From Armatimonadota bacterium (GTDB lineage Bacteria > Sysuimicrobiota > Sysuimicrobiia > Sysuimicrobiales > Humicultoraceae): 16,723 nt of DNA. The translations under genes were made by a program, and so were the position numbers. Location of the stretch: positions 1 to 16,723 of the forward strand of contig JBQTJP010000259.1 of NCBI GenBank assembly GCA_052386995.1, read 5' to 3'. Below are positions 15,566-16,723 of the stretch, in pieces; position 1 is the first letter of the stretch; each line of letters opens with the position of its first letter. Under the pieces are notes generated by a model. It saw nothing but the letters and a program-made list of their open reading frames with translations. It was not told where the DNA came from and made no database searches.

Positions 15566-16000
15566 GAGAGAATTCCCTGGCGGCCATGGTCCGGTGAACA
15601 CGAGCCTGCGCCGGGCTGCCGCAGCCGGACCTCTTGCACCCCGCTCCGTTACGGTGGGCACAGGAGAATCGCCTTGTCCGAGACGCCTCCTGACTATCCT
15701 GATCGGGACAACTGTGGTCAGTAACGCCCTAGCCGTCGGTGCGCAAGTAAGCATCCCAGAGGTGCTGAAGAAAATGGGCGGTCTGCGGGGAGGGCTGTTT
15801 TTTTCCAGCGCTCTTTATACTGTATCTTCTGGTCGCCTATTATGCAGCCTACGGATTTGGAAGATTCGCGTCATCCGTCGTCCTTGGCGGGTTTGTGGGG
15901 TGGGTGTGGATCGGGGCCCCCTATCCACAGAGGAAGGTTTAGCCTCGGGTTGTACTTCGAATCTCTAATGAGTCGAGGACCGTGAAAAGTCCAAGCCGGG

Positions 16001-16723
16001 CTATACATGCGTCGGCGGCTCTTCCGCGGGCAGGCCCGCCAGTTCCTTCAGCGCGCGGGTGACGTAGACCCGGACCATCTGCTTGCGGTAGTGAAGCGTC
16101 AGATCGGTATTGTCGAGCGGCTTGGCGGGCGTAAACGCCGCCTGGGCGGCCTTCTCGATCACGTCGGGCGTGAGCCGCTCACCGACGAGCGCGGCTTCGG
16201 CGCCCGTTGCCTCTAGGGGCACCGACGCGACCGCACCGAGAACGACCCGCGCATGGGTGCACGTGCCGTCGGACGCGAGCCGCACGGCCGCGGCGACTCC
16301 TAGGATCGGAAAGTCAATCGCCCCACGGCGGCGGAGCTTCCAGTATGTCGCACGCAGCCCATCGGCGGGCGGGACGCTCACGTCTACGAGCAGCTCGTCG
16401 GGGGTCTTGCCCAAGTACTCGATGCCGTCGTCGTGGTAGAGATCTCGGGCCGGTATGCGTCGCTCACCCCTGACGCTCAGCAGGCGTACCTGCGCGTCCA
16501 TCGCGATGGCGACCGGCGCCAGATCCGAAGACGAAATCGCCCAGCACCGCGTGCCGCCGGGAGCCACCCAACAGATATCGCCGTCCTTTTTCATGCAGAA
16601 GTGGATCGACCTCCGCCACCAGTAGGGCATGTTGTAGTAGTTGCAGCGGGTGTCGACGAGCAGATTGCCACCGACAGTGCCCATGTAGCGGATCTGCGGG
16701 TTGGAGATCAGACCGGCCGCGCG
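16001..16723 (-). CDS. hcrB: Xanthine dehydrogenase-family FAD-binding subunit with a [4Fe-4S] insertion, like the 4-hydroxybenzoyl-CoA reductase beta subunit; 5' end truncated
   Basis: The frame is open to the window edge (RAAGLISNPQIRYMGTVGGN). The insertion RCNYYN...WWR...FCMKKDGDICW...RCW has C-x15-C-x7-C-x8-C spacing, as I recall for HcrB. Also SDLAP and KLRRRGAIDFP. Confidence 0.85.
   Translation of the reverse strand, partial: RAAGLISNPQIRYMGTVGGNLLVDTRCNYYNMPYWWRRSIHFCMKKDGDICWVAPGGTRCWAISSSDLAPVAIAMDAQVRLLSVRGERRIPARDLYHDDGIEYLGKTPDELLVDVSVPPADGLRATYWKLRRRGAIDFPILGVAAAVRLASDGTCTHARVVLGAVASVPLEATGAEAALVGERLTPDVIEKAAQAAFTPAKPLDNTDLTLHYRKQMVRVYVTRALKELAGLPAEEPPTHV

Noticed and set aside
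15575..15600. CCCTGGCGGCCAT resembles the 5' end of 5S rRNA
   Set aside because: The similarity stops after about 13 nt. There is no CCGAAC loop or other 5S core sequence.
15612..15633. Minus-strand GAGGTCCGGCTGCGGCAGC resembles the SRP RNA domain IV
   Set aside because: It lacks the GNRA tetraloop and the GGAAGCAG asymmetric-loop sequence.
15521..15754. N-terminal extension of the CoA ligase, and the similar extensions in the ORF track for paaC (2162), paaB (2377), livM (4772), livG (7024) and the NMT1-like protein (8235)
   Set aside because: They overlap upstream genes or regulatory DNA and are low-complexity. Downstream starts fit the family N-termini, most with stop/start coupling or SD sites.
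15890..15930. Replication origin
   Set aside because: Only two imperfect DnaA-like boxes, no dnaA/dnaN/rep neighbours and no clear unwinding element.
1..16723. CRISPR arrays, tRNAs, IS elements, integrases and tandem repeats
   Set aside because: None seen. The window is almost fully occupied by metabolic and transport genes.

Overview
High-GC bacterial window in which every credible gene lies on the minus strand, forming an aromatic-catabolism and uptake region. In transcription order (right to left): 3' part of an HcrB-like FAD/[4Fe-4S] subunit; a ~480-bp intergenic region; a PaaK-family aryl-CoA ligase; a CMD/AhpD-like protein without CxxC; a type I extradiol (catechol 2,3-) dioxygenase; a nitroreductase-family flavoprotein; two interleaved ABC importers (a HAAT/Liv-type system interrupted by a NitT/TauT-type system plus an amidohydrolase_2 protein); then, behind an apparent separate sigma70-type promoter with a palindromic operator, a divergent and rearranged Paa-like di-iron epoxidase cluster (paaA-like, DUF59 half of paaD, two tandem paaB-like genes, paaC-like, stand-alone Zn-ribbon half of paaD, no paaE reductase in view) and an aldehyde dehydrogenase that runs off the left edge and is missing from the ORF track. 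The best candidate for an undescribed system is the non-canonical aryl-CoA oxygenase cluster and its co-location with meta-cleavage and reductive aryl-CoA genes. All calls come from reading motifs by eye, with no database searches. Substrates cannot be determined from sequence. No CRISPR array, tRNA, rRNA or mobile element was seen.
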